Shown here piece by piece: positions 13,950 through 25,400 of a stretch of DNA of 64,000 bases. Location of the stretch: assembly GCA_028534125.1 (NCBI GenBank), contig CM052817.1, positions 33,668,001 to 33,732,000 on the forward strand. The letters are read 5' to 3'. Under the pieces are notes generated by a model. The model ran no database searches and had not been told where the DNA came from. It saw only the letters and a program-made list of their open reading frames with translations. Positions within the stretch are counted from its first letter, which is position 1, and each line of letters starts with the position of its first letter. The stretch comes from Lama glama. Taxonomy: Eukaryota. The translations under genes were made by a program, and so were the position numbers.

Positions 13950-15400
13950 GCGTCAGCTGGGGCAGACCCGAGGCAAGGGTGGGGTCCTCGCCGGTCTCCC
14001 CGCGGGGACCCCACATCTGTGCGCCACATCCACAAGCCTCCTCCTTGCCTCCCCGACGAAGTTCCCTTCGCTAGGCCCAGGGAGGCGTCTCTTCCAGGGT
14101 CAGTCAAGAACTGAAGTGGGTGGGGGAAGAGAGAGTTAGCGCCTCCCTCAACCCCAACCACCAACGGCCCTTCATTTTCATTTCAGGAAGCTAGAAATGT
14201 GCCCCCACCCCATCAACTTCATTTGAAAAAACAACTGCAAATTTGTTTAAATGTGATTTTCGCAACTAACGGCTTTGGTAACTGCTGAAACCATAGGTCT
14301 TCTAAAGCCGAAGGACCTTCTGAATCCTCCGAGGAAAGCAGCACTGGGGGCTGGAGCTGGAGAGCAGGGGCGGAGTAGAGGAGAAACAAAAAGCCAACTC
14401 AGCGGGAAACGCCCACCAAAACCAAAGGTGTGACGCCCGGAGCTGGAGCGGCGGTCGCCCTCCAGTGGGGCGGGGGCCGAACGCGCGAGCCCAGGAGGCA
14501 GGGCAGGGGGAGATTTTGTTTTTTGTTTTTGTTTTCAGTGACCGTTTTGATTTGGTTGTAAAAACTTTGCAGGGCTAGTTCTACGATATCTCTTTATACC
14601 CTAGCCCCGAATTTCATAGTCGCCTGCGGGCCTAGACGCGGGAGGCCACGCAAGAACCGCCACACTCTCCAAACGTGCCCGCCCAGCTCAAGTCCCGAGT
14701 TGGGACTCCTTCCCAGAGGGTCGCAGCCTCCCAGACTCCGGGTTTGGGGAGAAAATCCCAATTCTTAACCTCATGATGATGGCTCAAGGGAAAAACACAA
14801 GAAGTTGAAAATCAAAACCCGAGTGCAGGCTGGGACCTTGGCCCAGCTGCCCAGGCTGGCGAAGGTCACTCCTCGGGGCGCACAGGGTGGCCTGGTCCCC
14901 TGCGATGCCCTGAGCAGAAGCCAACGAGACGAGACCCCCTCAGTTCGCCTCGCCCAGGAGATGCTTCTTGCCTGCTGCGGCTCCAGGACCACCCAGGACC
15001 CTGGGCGTCAGGGGAACAATCTGGAAGGATCTTAGAACACCGGGACAGCCAAGCTCGGTTCGCCCCACCTTCCTGCGACTCGGGGGGCTGACTGACGCTC
15101 ACAGACCCAACCTCTCCAAGCCTTGGACCCGCGGAGGGCGGACGGCAAGATTCAAACCCGCCTATGAGCAGTGGGAGGGGTGGGTATGCAGGACTCGTTT
15201 TAAGGAAAGAACCGCCTCTTTTCGAGGGCCTCCAGCCTCGAGGTTGCTCCTGACCACTGGGTTTATTTTGCTTTTGCAGGAGAGACAGATGTTGACCTCA
15301 ATCCGGTTTTGCTCGCCGGACTCGGCGAAATCTTTCCCCAACCATTTGCTTCCCTGAGCCACCCCCCACCGGTGCTCTATCCCGGGAGTCGGTTCCCCAG
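13950..15400. promoter_or_regulatory. Upstream CpG-rich island
   Basis: Dense CpG, GC box GGGGCGGGG near 14467; boundaries estimated by eye. Confidence 0.65.
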
Positions 15401-15999
15401 GCCTTTAAACCTTCTGGAATGTCACACATGGAAACCTTTAGCAAATGTTTGTTAATGATCATAACAAAGGCATCATTCAAATTAGGCAGGTAATTACTAC
15501 CAGAAGGACAACTGGGTGCTCACTTGCTCATCCATGCTCTCAGCTTTAAACTCGAGAGGACTTATGGCCTGAAGACACCCCCGCCCAGTCCGCTTTTTGG
15601 GCCCCTTTAAGCGTCTCTGAAATGAACTGTGAAGTTACCATTTGTGGGCGGGGAGCGCTGGGGCCCTGCATTCTGGAGACCCCAGGATGGGAGTTTCTCA
15701 TCGACAAAGCAGGCCTTCCTGGGTAGGCTCCGTGCCTCGCCTCCCACCCTCTTGAGCACTTAGTATAAAAACGTATATCTCAGCTTGTCTTTATTACTAG
15801 CATGAAAGCCGGCACCCGCTTTAACCCTGTTATTGCGCATTCCGATTTTTGGGGGGGGGGGTCTTTAACTCTTGTTCATTATCTACAAACATTACGGTAT
15901 CCTGTTAGCATTCCGAACAAGGGGCTGCTCATATATTTGCCTTCAATGATTTCCTGAAGGAACATGTGGAAGTAATAGTGAGCAGTGCAGTCACCCGAA

Positions 16000-17480
16000 G
16001 TGAAGATGCACGAGAGGCCGTTGCGCAGAAGGGCTGGGGGAATGGGGCCTCTAGCCCAGCCTCAGGCGTCTTCCCAAGCCTGACACCCCAGGAGCCCGCC
16101 CCAGTTAAATACAGCACTCTTTGGAGTACTTCTCTGTGACCATCCCCTGCAGGCTGTCCCGTGTCCACCTTAACGAGGGAGAAGGTGATGGCTGTCCCAC
16201 GTCTCAGTCTAAACCGGGCGGCCCTGGCCATTCTCAAGAGTGAGTGTGTTAAGTTGTGGGGGAGGGAATGAAGGGTGGGGATAAGGGTGAGCACCCCCAC
16301 CCAACAAGAGCATTCAAAATTAGAGAAGGCGGGGAAGGTGAACGCGCCCCCCTCCCCCTCCCTCGCTTGGAAGCCCCATTCCATCCTCGTTTGGTTCCTG
16401 GAGCGTCAGCGCCCCCTTTCCTTCGTGAGCAGGATCGCTCTCTCCTGGCGCTGACTCTTGCCTCGCGCGCCGGGCACAGCGTTTCAGCTCCGCTCTCTAC
16501 CCCAGGGCATTAGTGTGGTCCGACCCCCGCGGCGGGAGGGAGCGCGGGGAGAGTCAAATCGCACCCTCTGCCTGAACGCGGAGGTGGCAGGCTGGTTGTA
16601 GACGATTCCTCGAACGCTCAAGCTTAAGCCTTTTTGTGTGCGTGATAGAAGCCAGGACAACCTCGCCCTGTGATAACCATGAAAACAAAGGCATGACAAG
16701 ATAAGTACTCCAAGGGAGTAAAGGTCGTTCTGTCGGAGAACGTGCCAAACCTCCGCAGACCCTCGACTCTCTGTACCCTCCTTCAAACTTGTTTTCAAAA
16801 CTATACAAAACCCCAAACCAAAAAACACCCATCATCTTCATATTAGACTCAACAGTTTGCCTAATCCCGTTAAAGGATTAGCAACTACACGGCACTTTCC
16901 CTAAAAGACCCCAGGTTCAAAACGAGGCAGCAGCTTAGAGCCTCTTCCGACGGCCGCATTTCTAGTTGGGCTAGGAATTCTACAGAAGGGACAGTTTTCG
17001 ATTCCAGATTTATATTCCCTCCGGGCATTGACTGCAATTTTACATGTTCTTTTTTTTTTTTTTTTTTTTACTTTCAAAGAGGCTACAAAGCTACATAGCG
17101 TAGGAAAATCAGGAGGCAAACTCATTCTGGAAATGATGGGCAGTTTGTATTTTCACGAACCTCTTTCCCGGCAGAGCATCAACACCTCCTCCTTCCACCA
17201 CCCCCACCCCATCTGGTCTCCTTCTCCCCGCCCCCAGTTGTTGTCGAAGTCTGGGGGCTGGGGCTGGACCCCCTGATTGCGTAAGAGCGAAAAACGAAGG
17301 CGCAATCTGGAGGCTGGACGATTCAGAGCGCACGGAGTTCGGGGGAAACTTTTATTTTGAAGAGGCCAAGGGGAGGGGGGGGCTTCATTTCCTGACAGCT
17401 ATTTACTTAGAGCAAATGATTAGTTTTAGAAGGATGGACTATAACATTGAATCAATTACAAAACGCGGTTTTTGAGCCCA
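16000..17480 (+). promoter_or_regulatory. PDGFRA proximal promoter region
   Basis: CpG-rich 16340-16760, GC box CCCCGCCCC near 17226, C/EBP-like ATTGCGTAAG near 17276, directly upstream of exon 1. Confidence 0.7.
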
Positions 17481-17602
17481 TTACAGTTGGAGCTAGAGGG
17501 AGAGAAACAGAGGAGGGGACTACAGGAGAGGACTGAAGGCTGTGGACACAGTTTTTGCTCCATATGTAGGATTTTCATTGCGAATTGACATAGGAGGAGA
17601 AG
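17283..17602 (+). other. PDGFRA: PDGFRA exon 1 (non-coding 5'UTR); start approximate, a shorter leader may begin near 17480
   Basis: Sequence AAGAGCGAAAAACGAAGGCGCAATCTGG...GGAGGAGAAG matches the human PDGFRA mRNA leader as I recall it; strong donor AAG|gtaagg at 17602/17603. Confidence 0.85.
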
Positions 17603-18039
17603 GTAAGGGAGGAGAAAAATGATTTTTGTTTCTAAGAAGCCCCAATCAGGCCCTTTGGGCTAGAAGAAGTGAAGTAACTTCGCTTAAACTTTAGGCGATG
17701 AGAAAAAGAATATTGGAGTCGAATTCCAGTTGTGTGTCCAGAGAGTAATTTATTTTGAATAAACTTCACTTGGAAGGAAGATAACCATAGAGTTCGAAAG
17801 TCTAAGGATTTTTAAACACATTTTCCAGGCCTATTTTTAAAAAGCAGTGTTTTTCTAACAACTCTATAGCCTCCCAAAGAAATTGTTTAGGCTTACATTT
17901 TTGAGGTTTCTTTTGGGATTGGGGGTGGTGTTCGTGTATACTGGGACGAGCACCAAGTAATGCTGGGAGTCGGGGCAGAGGTGTTTGTCCTCTTCTTGGC
18001 AGTGGGTCCTGGAAGGCGACAGGTTTTTAATGAGTATTT

Positions 18040-21000
18040 TCATTCCTGCCCGCGGTTTGGCGGGACCGCGCTGCAGCGGGTGGTGTGGAGCGCGGCTGGA
18101 GGACGGAGGGAGGTGGGGAGAAAAGAGCGCAGAGTGGGGCGCAGAAGGAGTTGCGGGGAGCGGAGGCGTGAAGGGCCCGGCTGGAGAGGGCCGGATCTTG
18201 GGTGCTGGATGGGTGCACATGGGGCTGACCCAGGGCGCGTAATTACTGGACGGCGCTGCGCCCGCTGCGAGCCGGGCCAGACTCAGCACAACCGTGGCGG
18301 CTGCGAGACGAGTAGAGGGGGCGCGGATATGGGCGAGGGTTTGGGGAGATCCCTAGTGGTTTGTGGGATCAGTGAAGTGTGAGGAAGAGCGGGCGCCAGC
18401 CCCGTAGTGCGCTCAGGGTGCGCGCCCCAGCGCGGGGGCGACGGCGGCGAGGGCGGGCGGGCAGGCAGGCGGTCTGGAGTAATGACAAACACATTTGGCC
18501 CCGAGTGAAGAAGTCGTCGTCGCCTCGCATTCCAGCAACTACGATTTGAGGAATTCGAACAGTGCTCCAAGGGGATCTCATTGTGCGCGGTGGTCTCCAC
18601 CCCCATTCATTTCTGCGCGCCCCCTTTCTCGGTGGAACCGTTTCTGCAAAGACCGGGACTCTGCTGCTGCCCAGTCCTGGCCGCGGGAAGGAAAGAAGGA
18701 AGGTCGCCAAAAAAAAGTGCAAAACTTCTTGTGAGTGAAGTTAGGGACAACTCGAAACGGAGAAACTTGGCTTCCAGGTAAGACAGAAAGGTGGGAGGCG
18801 AGCCGCCCTCACTACCTCCCTCGGGGCAACCGAGCCCCGCACCCCTCCTCTCGTGCCCTTTCAGACCGGAGATGCGTGGCACTCGCCGCCTGCAGTCGCC
18901 CTGCACTGCTTCACCCTCTCTAGTGTCCCTGTTCCACTCTCTGTTCCTTCCTCTCTTCTCGCTTCGGAGCCGTCTCCTCGCGCCCCTCCTTCCACCACCG
19001 TCTATCCCCATGGAAATCGGCTTTTATACGAGAGATTAACTTCTCCAGGCAGCGCCAGGGGAGCGGGCGGTGTCCATTTGGCTCGGAAACAACTGGGATC
19101 AGCGGTTCCGTTCGGAAAGGGTCTGGGCCAGCTCAGAGCGAGAGGGAGTGTGGCCCGACCGGAGTATAGCTGCTTGAGTGGGCCAGGGACCCGGACCGCC
19201 TGGCCAGGTGTGTAGGAGCTGCCAGTGCCCTGGCCAAGCGTCTCGGCAGTGGAAGAAGCGCTGGGTTGTCTGTCCGCTGTCCGTCTCTCCCACAGTCAGA
19301 GCGCCCGTCCCGCATTTTACTCCCCTAGCCCTGCTAGGAACCCAGGATGTGCAGAAAGAGTGCCTGGAAGAACTTGCCACTAACTCCGTCTCTAAGGGTG
19401 AGACGCAGACCCGGGCTGGAGAGGGAGCATGAATGGCCCTTATCAGGTCCGAACTGCCCCGCGCCCGGCCCAGCTGCCTGGAAAAGCCCCGGGCTGCACA
19501 GTGTGGGAAATGGCTTTTTGGCTCCGCAACCGAATTGCTCAACGTTTTGGACAGGCTCGCTTTGCCGCAGTCTCTCTCAACCAGAACTAGGCAGCTTTTT
19601 AGAGCGGGGAGAGACATCCAGGGCAAACGGGGCACGACAATGAGCCTCACAGTTCAGGGGACTAACACCTCAGAGCCCAGGGAGCCCCAGGGCCGCCGGA
19701 GGGGAGCAAGAGGCGCCCCGGACGTGCGCACCCCATTCGCTGCTGCGCTGGCTCAGGTTTTAACATTCCCTCCTATCCCCAACCCCCACCTCCCTCTGAC
19801 CCTCCCGGACCCTGTTGCTGCTGTTTTGCGTCTCTTCCCTCTTGGCTTCCTCCTTTCCACAGTCCTCACGATAAAGTGGGCCCTTACTCCACTCCCCGAC
19901 AGGCTCAGGCCCGATCAGCCTCACAGACCCCCTGGTGAGTCCCTGCTTCGGACTCTTGGACAGTCTTGCTTTTGGTTTGACCCAAGTGTAGCTGGACTCC
20001 AGGACTGGAGTCCCGAGAGCAAGCAGGGTGGCGGGTTGGAGACAGAAATACGAGGTGGGAGGAGGAACCGGGAAGGAGCCCTTAGCTGCCCCTCGGTCCT
20101 TCCACCAGCCCTTGTACCAAGAGGGACGCGAAGCGAAGCCCGACTCCCAGTCCCAGGTCCGCTTTCCTCCAGGGGCGATGACTGGGCGGGGGGCGGGGGT
20201 TGGGGTAGGGGGGAGGGGCATCGGGCCAGGCTTTCCAGCTGCAAACGCGTCTGGCGCCGAGGCGGGCCCGTTTTGTGCCTCCTGGGGACCGGCCGTGGGC
20301 GGCGCGCAGCGTCGGGACGCGTCCTGGGGACGTGGTGGCCGGCGCCTTCCTGCAGACCCCAGTGGGTGGGACTCCCCCTGGCCCCCAGGGGGCTATGACA
20401 GGGTTATATGTTGCTGGTGGAAAAGCGGCAATTCTGGGGGAAAACCCAAAAGCCGGCTCGATGACCGAAAGGTGCGGCTCTCAGCTTCCTTTGCATTTGG
20501 TCTTGTGGGGTCCTCGCGTATCATCAGCCGTCGGGGTGCAGGTAGGGGAGGTCCTGCGGTCTCGCCTCCCGCGCGGGATGCAGTCAGGGCAAATTTGTTT
20601 TTCTCCCCACTGCTCTCTAGTCCGGGCTCTGCTGGTGCTTGTCTTCTGCTGAAGTGGCTCGTTGGCATTTCTTTTTGTTTTAAACTGAGCAGTGAGCCAA
20701 GGATCCGTTGGAAAACTAGATTGGAGTGGGTAGAGCACCTCGGAATCGGGGTGCTTCCTTTCCTGCCTGCTGCAGTCTTCCCGGCGAAAGGCGAGTGAGG
20801 GGCGCAGGCGGCGCGCATGTGCGCAAGGCAGCCTCGGCAAAGCGAGCGTCAGGCAAGTGGGCTCTGGGGGAGACTGGGTTCTTAAAAGCGGAGGGGGCGC
20901 AGCCTTGGTTCGAGCGGCCTTCTCCGCGAGTAGCTGCCCGTGGCCGTGGCGCTTTCGGGCCCATAGGAGGCGCTGGCGCGCGACTGTAACCCTAAACCCC

Positions 21001-22480
21001 CCAGTCCTTCTCCCTCCACCCCGTCCGGCCCCCTCTGAGGTCTCAGCCGAAAACAATGCAAACACTAAGCGTCGTGCCTGGGGCGCAGCGGCCGCCGCAG
21101 TTCTGCGGCTAGGAGTGCGGCGGACGCGGGCACTAAACCCGGGAGCCGGCGGTCGTTGCTCCCGGCCCCGGGGTGACCGAGCCGCCGAGGCCGTGGACCG
21201 GCGGGAGGTGGAGCGGCCCGCTCCGTGTTTGTTTGGGTGTGGTGGGTCCCGAGGCCGGACAGTGCCAACGCAGAACCTCCCCGGCGAAGGTAGACGAGCC
21301 GCGGTCCCCGCTGCGCTGTCGGGGACCCGGAGCCTGAGCGGCGGGCGGGAGCTAGGAGCGAGCCGGGTAAGATTCGCTGGGCTGCCGCGCCCTCTAGCGG
21401 GCGTCCGGAGCACCGTCCCGCTCTCCGCCAGCCTCTGGCGGTCGGCGCCGCCGCGGGGTCGAAGCGCAGCGCTGAGACCCAGGGGCCCCAGGAAGACCAA
21501 CCTCGGTCAACTTGGCGCCTCCTGGAGGCCTCGGATACACGCCTGGCAGGCACTGCGTGTGCCGGGGAGGAGCTTGGAGGGCGAGAGGGTCGGAGGTTAC
21601 CGGGTTTAGGGATGTGGGTGGGGGCGTCATAATAATTAAATGTGGTGGAAGCGGAGGAAGGCGGAGGACATAGGGTTCCGGGCGCGTTTAGGGGTGCGTG
21701 GTCACCGATTTTTGTTTTTCAAGCCCCTCGAAAGTTCTGCCGAGCAGGCGGCCAGTTGCTGTTTGTTTTACGACCCTGTGTTATTGTGCAACAGGAACAG
21801 TCCTTTCCAACTAGACCTCATTTGCAGGGCTGCCCGGCCCCCGCGGCCCCCGCGGGGGGTTTACGAGGTGGGGTGACAATGGCCTGCTAACAGATTGGGT
21901 AGCGCAGGCCGGGCCACGGCGTCGCGGCCCCCACTTACCACGGTCCAGGTGGTCTCCCTCCCCCGAGTGGGCGGAAACTTCGAGGTGGGGAGAGCTTTGG
22001 CCAAACAAAACCCTGAACCACCCAACCTCTTCCCTAGTGGCTTTTCCTGCTGAACATTATATGCGACCTGGGACTGGCAGCGCCATTTTCCTGGCTCCCG
22101 AGGCCCAGTCGCCCTGGCGGATCCGCTGGCAGGGATGGTGGTGATGGTGATGATGATCATGATGTTTGTCTCCCAGCGAATTCTCCTGGGGCCCTGTGGA
22201 GTGTTAGGCCTTTTTCATCGGCAGTTTTCCTATTCCTGCATCTATTCTGCGGGCTTTGAACTGAGGTCACCATGAAACCCAAAAGTACAACGCAAGAAGG
22301 GAAAAGTTTGGAAGTAAATATTTGGGACATTTTAGCACAGAACTTGTAGCGGCATCTGCGTCCTCACACACCCGGGACCGCCCATCCCTTAAACCAACAC
22401 TGCCACCTGCTGGTCGCATTTGAGAACGGCAACAATTCTTTGCTGGAATGGGCTTCGCCGAGTTTCTAAGCAAGCCGTCG
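18040..22480. promoter_or_regulatory. Large intron-1 CpG island
   Basis: Very high GC and CpG density over ~4.4 kb; source of many spurious Arg/Gly/Pro/Ala-rich ORFs. Confidence 0.85.
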
Positions 22481-25400
22481 CTTCAGGAAGATGAATTTTT
22501 CTCTTGGTAGGATCAAGTGAAAGATGATGACTCATTTTCTTTTCCTAAAAGTTGCAAGAATCATTGGGCTGACAACATTTATTTTATGGACTTTTGGGTA
22601 GTCTTTCGCCTTAGTTGTTAATCCGTTGCATTTACGTAGGGAGCAAAGCGCTGACCTCCCATATCTGTTATCAGAGCCCACCTGGGAAGGAGATACGTGG
22701 GCATTTGCATTTCCTTTTACGAGTGAAGCCCTAGTGCTAGGGGCTTGGTGAGCTCAAGTGTACTGCAAGATGCTGTACCTAAGGCTGTCCCATTAGGAGT
22801 CATACCAGTTTGTTGACAGTTAAAAGGAAATGTCATTTTAATCTCCCATGGTTAAAATCTGGTCCAGAGAGAGCAGAAAGGTTTATGAGCTCAGATTGTC
22901 CCATAAAATATTCCCATGTAAAAATACTTCAGCCCCCACCCATCACTGGAATGTCTAAGGGAATGCAAGGAGATAAAAACAAAACAGGCTCTGATGAGGT
23001 GCAGATCCCAGTAAACACACCCTCGCTGAAGTCGCCACCAGGGTGGACCAGCGTTTGGATTGCCTGGGCTGAAGTTACAAGACCGAGTAGAACGTTTGTC
23101 ACAGGGAAAAAACAGCATATATAATTTTCACAGTTAGAATTAACTTAGGAGAACTGAAATTAACTGAACCTTGGAAATCTGAATCTTGAAGTCGTCAGTG
23201 GCTTTTGGGACTGTGAGAGAGTCTTCTGTGGCCTCTAATCATGCCAGGGTGGGGTGAAATTCAATATTCGGTGGCTCTGCCGCGGGTTGCATTGTGCAGT
23301 TGGTGATCAGGAAGCCAGCTCTCTGGCTTCATGAGAAGAGTGCTTGCTCTCTCTCCTGGAAGCAGTGCCCTTGCATTGTTTGGCCTCTGTTTGCTCTCTG
23401 GCTTAGCACGTTGTCTTTGAGTTTGGAGTCACAGTTAATGGCCCTTCACTTCTGTTTGCAGAGAAGAGATGGCAACTTGTTAAAGAGAAAGAATAGTGGC
23501 TGCGAACAGATTTGTTTCTCTGTTTACAACTACGTGACTGTAAATAATGGTTCAACTTAAAATGGTCTCGATAGCTACACCAGTCTCCACTGCATACAAG
23601 TTCAGATCCTATTCTTCAGTATGCAGGTGGTGCAGGGCTGGTCAGGTGGCCTCTGCTGGACTACCACAGTAGTTAGAATTCGAAGTAGCCACTCTGCTGT
23701 CCCTCTCATCTAAAACATCTTCAGAGTCTGAAAAAAAAAAAAAAAGAGTCAGTATGAAAAACAGTAGGGAACAGTTTCTGAAGCGCATTCAATTAAAAGC
23801 TAGAATTTAGTCTTTGTAGTAATAGTAATACAGTCAGGCAAGCCAGCAAAGTCGGGTGTTCTTAGTCCTGGTTTACAGAAGGAGAGACTGGGGTTCTGAG
23901 AGTTGGACGAGGTGTCAGATGTGAGATCACAGCCTAGTCCAATGCCATCTCCATCATGTCTTCTGAGAGAAGGCTTGAAGGACAAGAGAATGGGGGTGTG
24001 GGAGTGAACATGACAGAGATCTCTTTTCTCTGATGGTTTCTCTAACCTATGGCAATGAGTTGTGATTATAGAAGGTTGACGCGGAAGTCCAGTATATCCA
24101 ACATATAGTTGGCATAAGAGCTATAATTACAATTAAAAAAAAAGATTTGGATGAAATCCATTATTTCTCCTTGCAAAGTGATTTATTCTTGCTGGCTCAT
24201 AATGTGCAGTGTTTTTCTGAATCTGTAACCTCAACTGTTTATATTTGTACATCTGACTTTTGGATAAGCTCTAAGACAGGGGTTACTGATTAAGGATGAG
24301 CGTTTACTCCAGGGTAGAAAAGCACTGGAAGCAGCAAGACGGACTCCCAGAGAGTCTCACTCCAGGACAGCAGGGAAGGTTCCATTCTGTTCTGTTGTTT
24401 CCCGTTACCTCCCTGTAGGGCTAACACTCTGCAGTTATTCACCAGTAAATTGTCTGAGTTACAGATGAGTAATGACATGAAACTTCACATATACGCCTGG
24501 ATTTCTAGCCAGAGAACCACTCTTATCAGAGAAGGGAGTTTGAAATCTTAAGCAAACACATGTTGGTTCTCAGTATTCGCATCATTATCGCTTGCTGTGG
24601 GACCCTGTTTTCATTGCCCACTTTGTATGTCAGTAAGTAATCCTTCCTGGCAGCGGGTCTCCCCTATCTGGATGCACAGTAGGAAATCTGGTGGGGCCTG
24701 GCCAGGGCAAAATGCTTCTCAAAGCCTGCGCTGTAAAAGCAGGGAGCCCCTCTCTTAAGCTCGGGAATGCTTTAAAGATGCATCGTTGGCAAGGCCTGCT
24801 AAAGAAATGCAGGATATAAATGTGATAAAACCCAAGACATCAAGCTGGCTCTGGAGGGCTCCTTTGAAGTTCGCTAAGTGGATTATCAGTGGGAGGCGGA
24901 TATTTATATGCACAAATACACAGGCCGTTACTGCTAATTGTGGTAAATCAGGCTGGCTGGCCTGGCTCTGGGGCCCGCTGTGCCCATCACCACAGCAGTG
25001 TGGAAACCCTGTACCCCTGGTACGTGCCAGGATCCTCTGAAGCCATCAGCCAGCCAGCACTGTGCAGATGACATTTGGATTCACAGCACACAGTGCTTCT
25101 CTCATTGCAGTGAGCAGAGAAGGAAGGCAGGGCCCCAATTTGCATTAGGCAATAGGGGTTGGGGGGTAGGGGGGTAGGGGTTCGCACACAGGGCTGAAAC
25201 ACTGACCTTCCCTCAGGAGACCATATGGCGAATTGGAGAGAGCAGGGCTTTTGTATCACACACACTTTGTGTTAGAATCCTGACTTTATTACCAGCTGTG
25301 TGACTTCCGGTGTTTCGCTAAACTTCTCTGAGCCTCAGGCGGCACTTTTTAAAATCAACTATGTCACAGAGTTATTATTAACAAACATGGCACACGCACG

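Noticed and set aside
19433..21609. Long ORFs (321, 256, 339, 250 aa) in intron 1
   Set aside because: They overlap on both strands in an extreme-GC island where stop codons are rare, are low-complexity R/G/P/A-rich, and show no recognisable domain.
22132..22164. (GAT/GGT)n run that reads like a His tract on the minus strand
   Set aside because: Degenerate trinucleotide microsatellite not embedded in a credible ORF.
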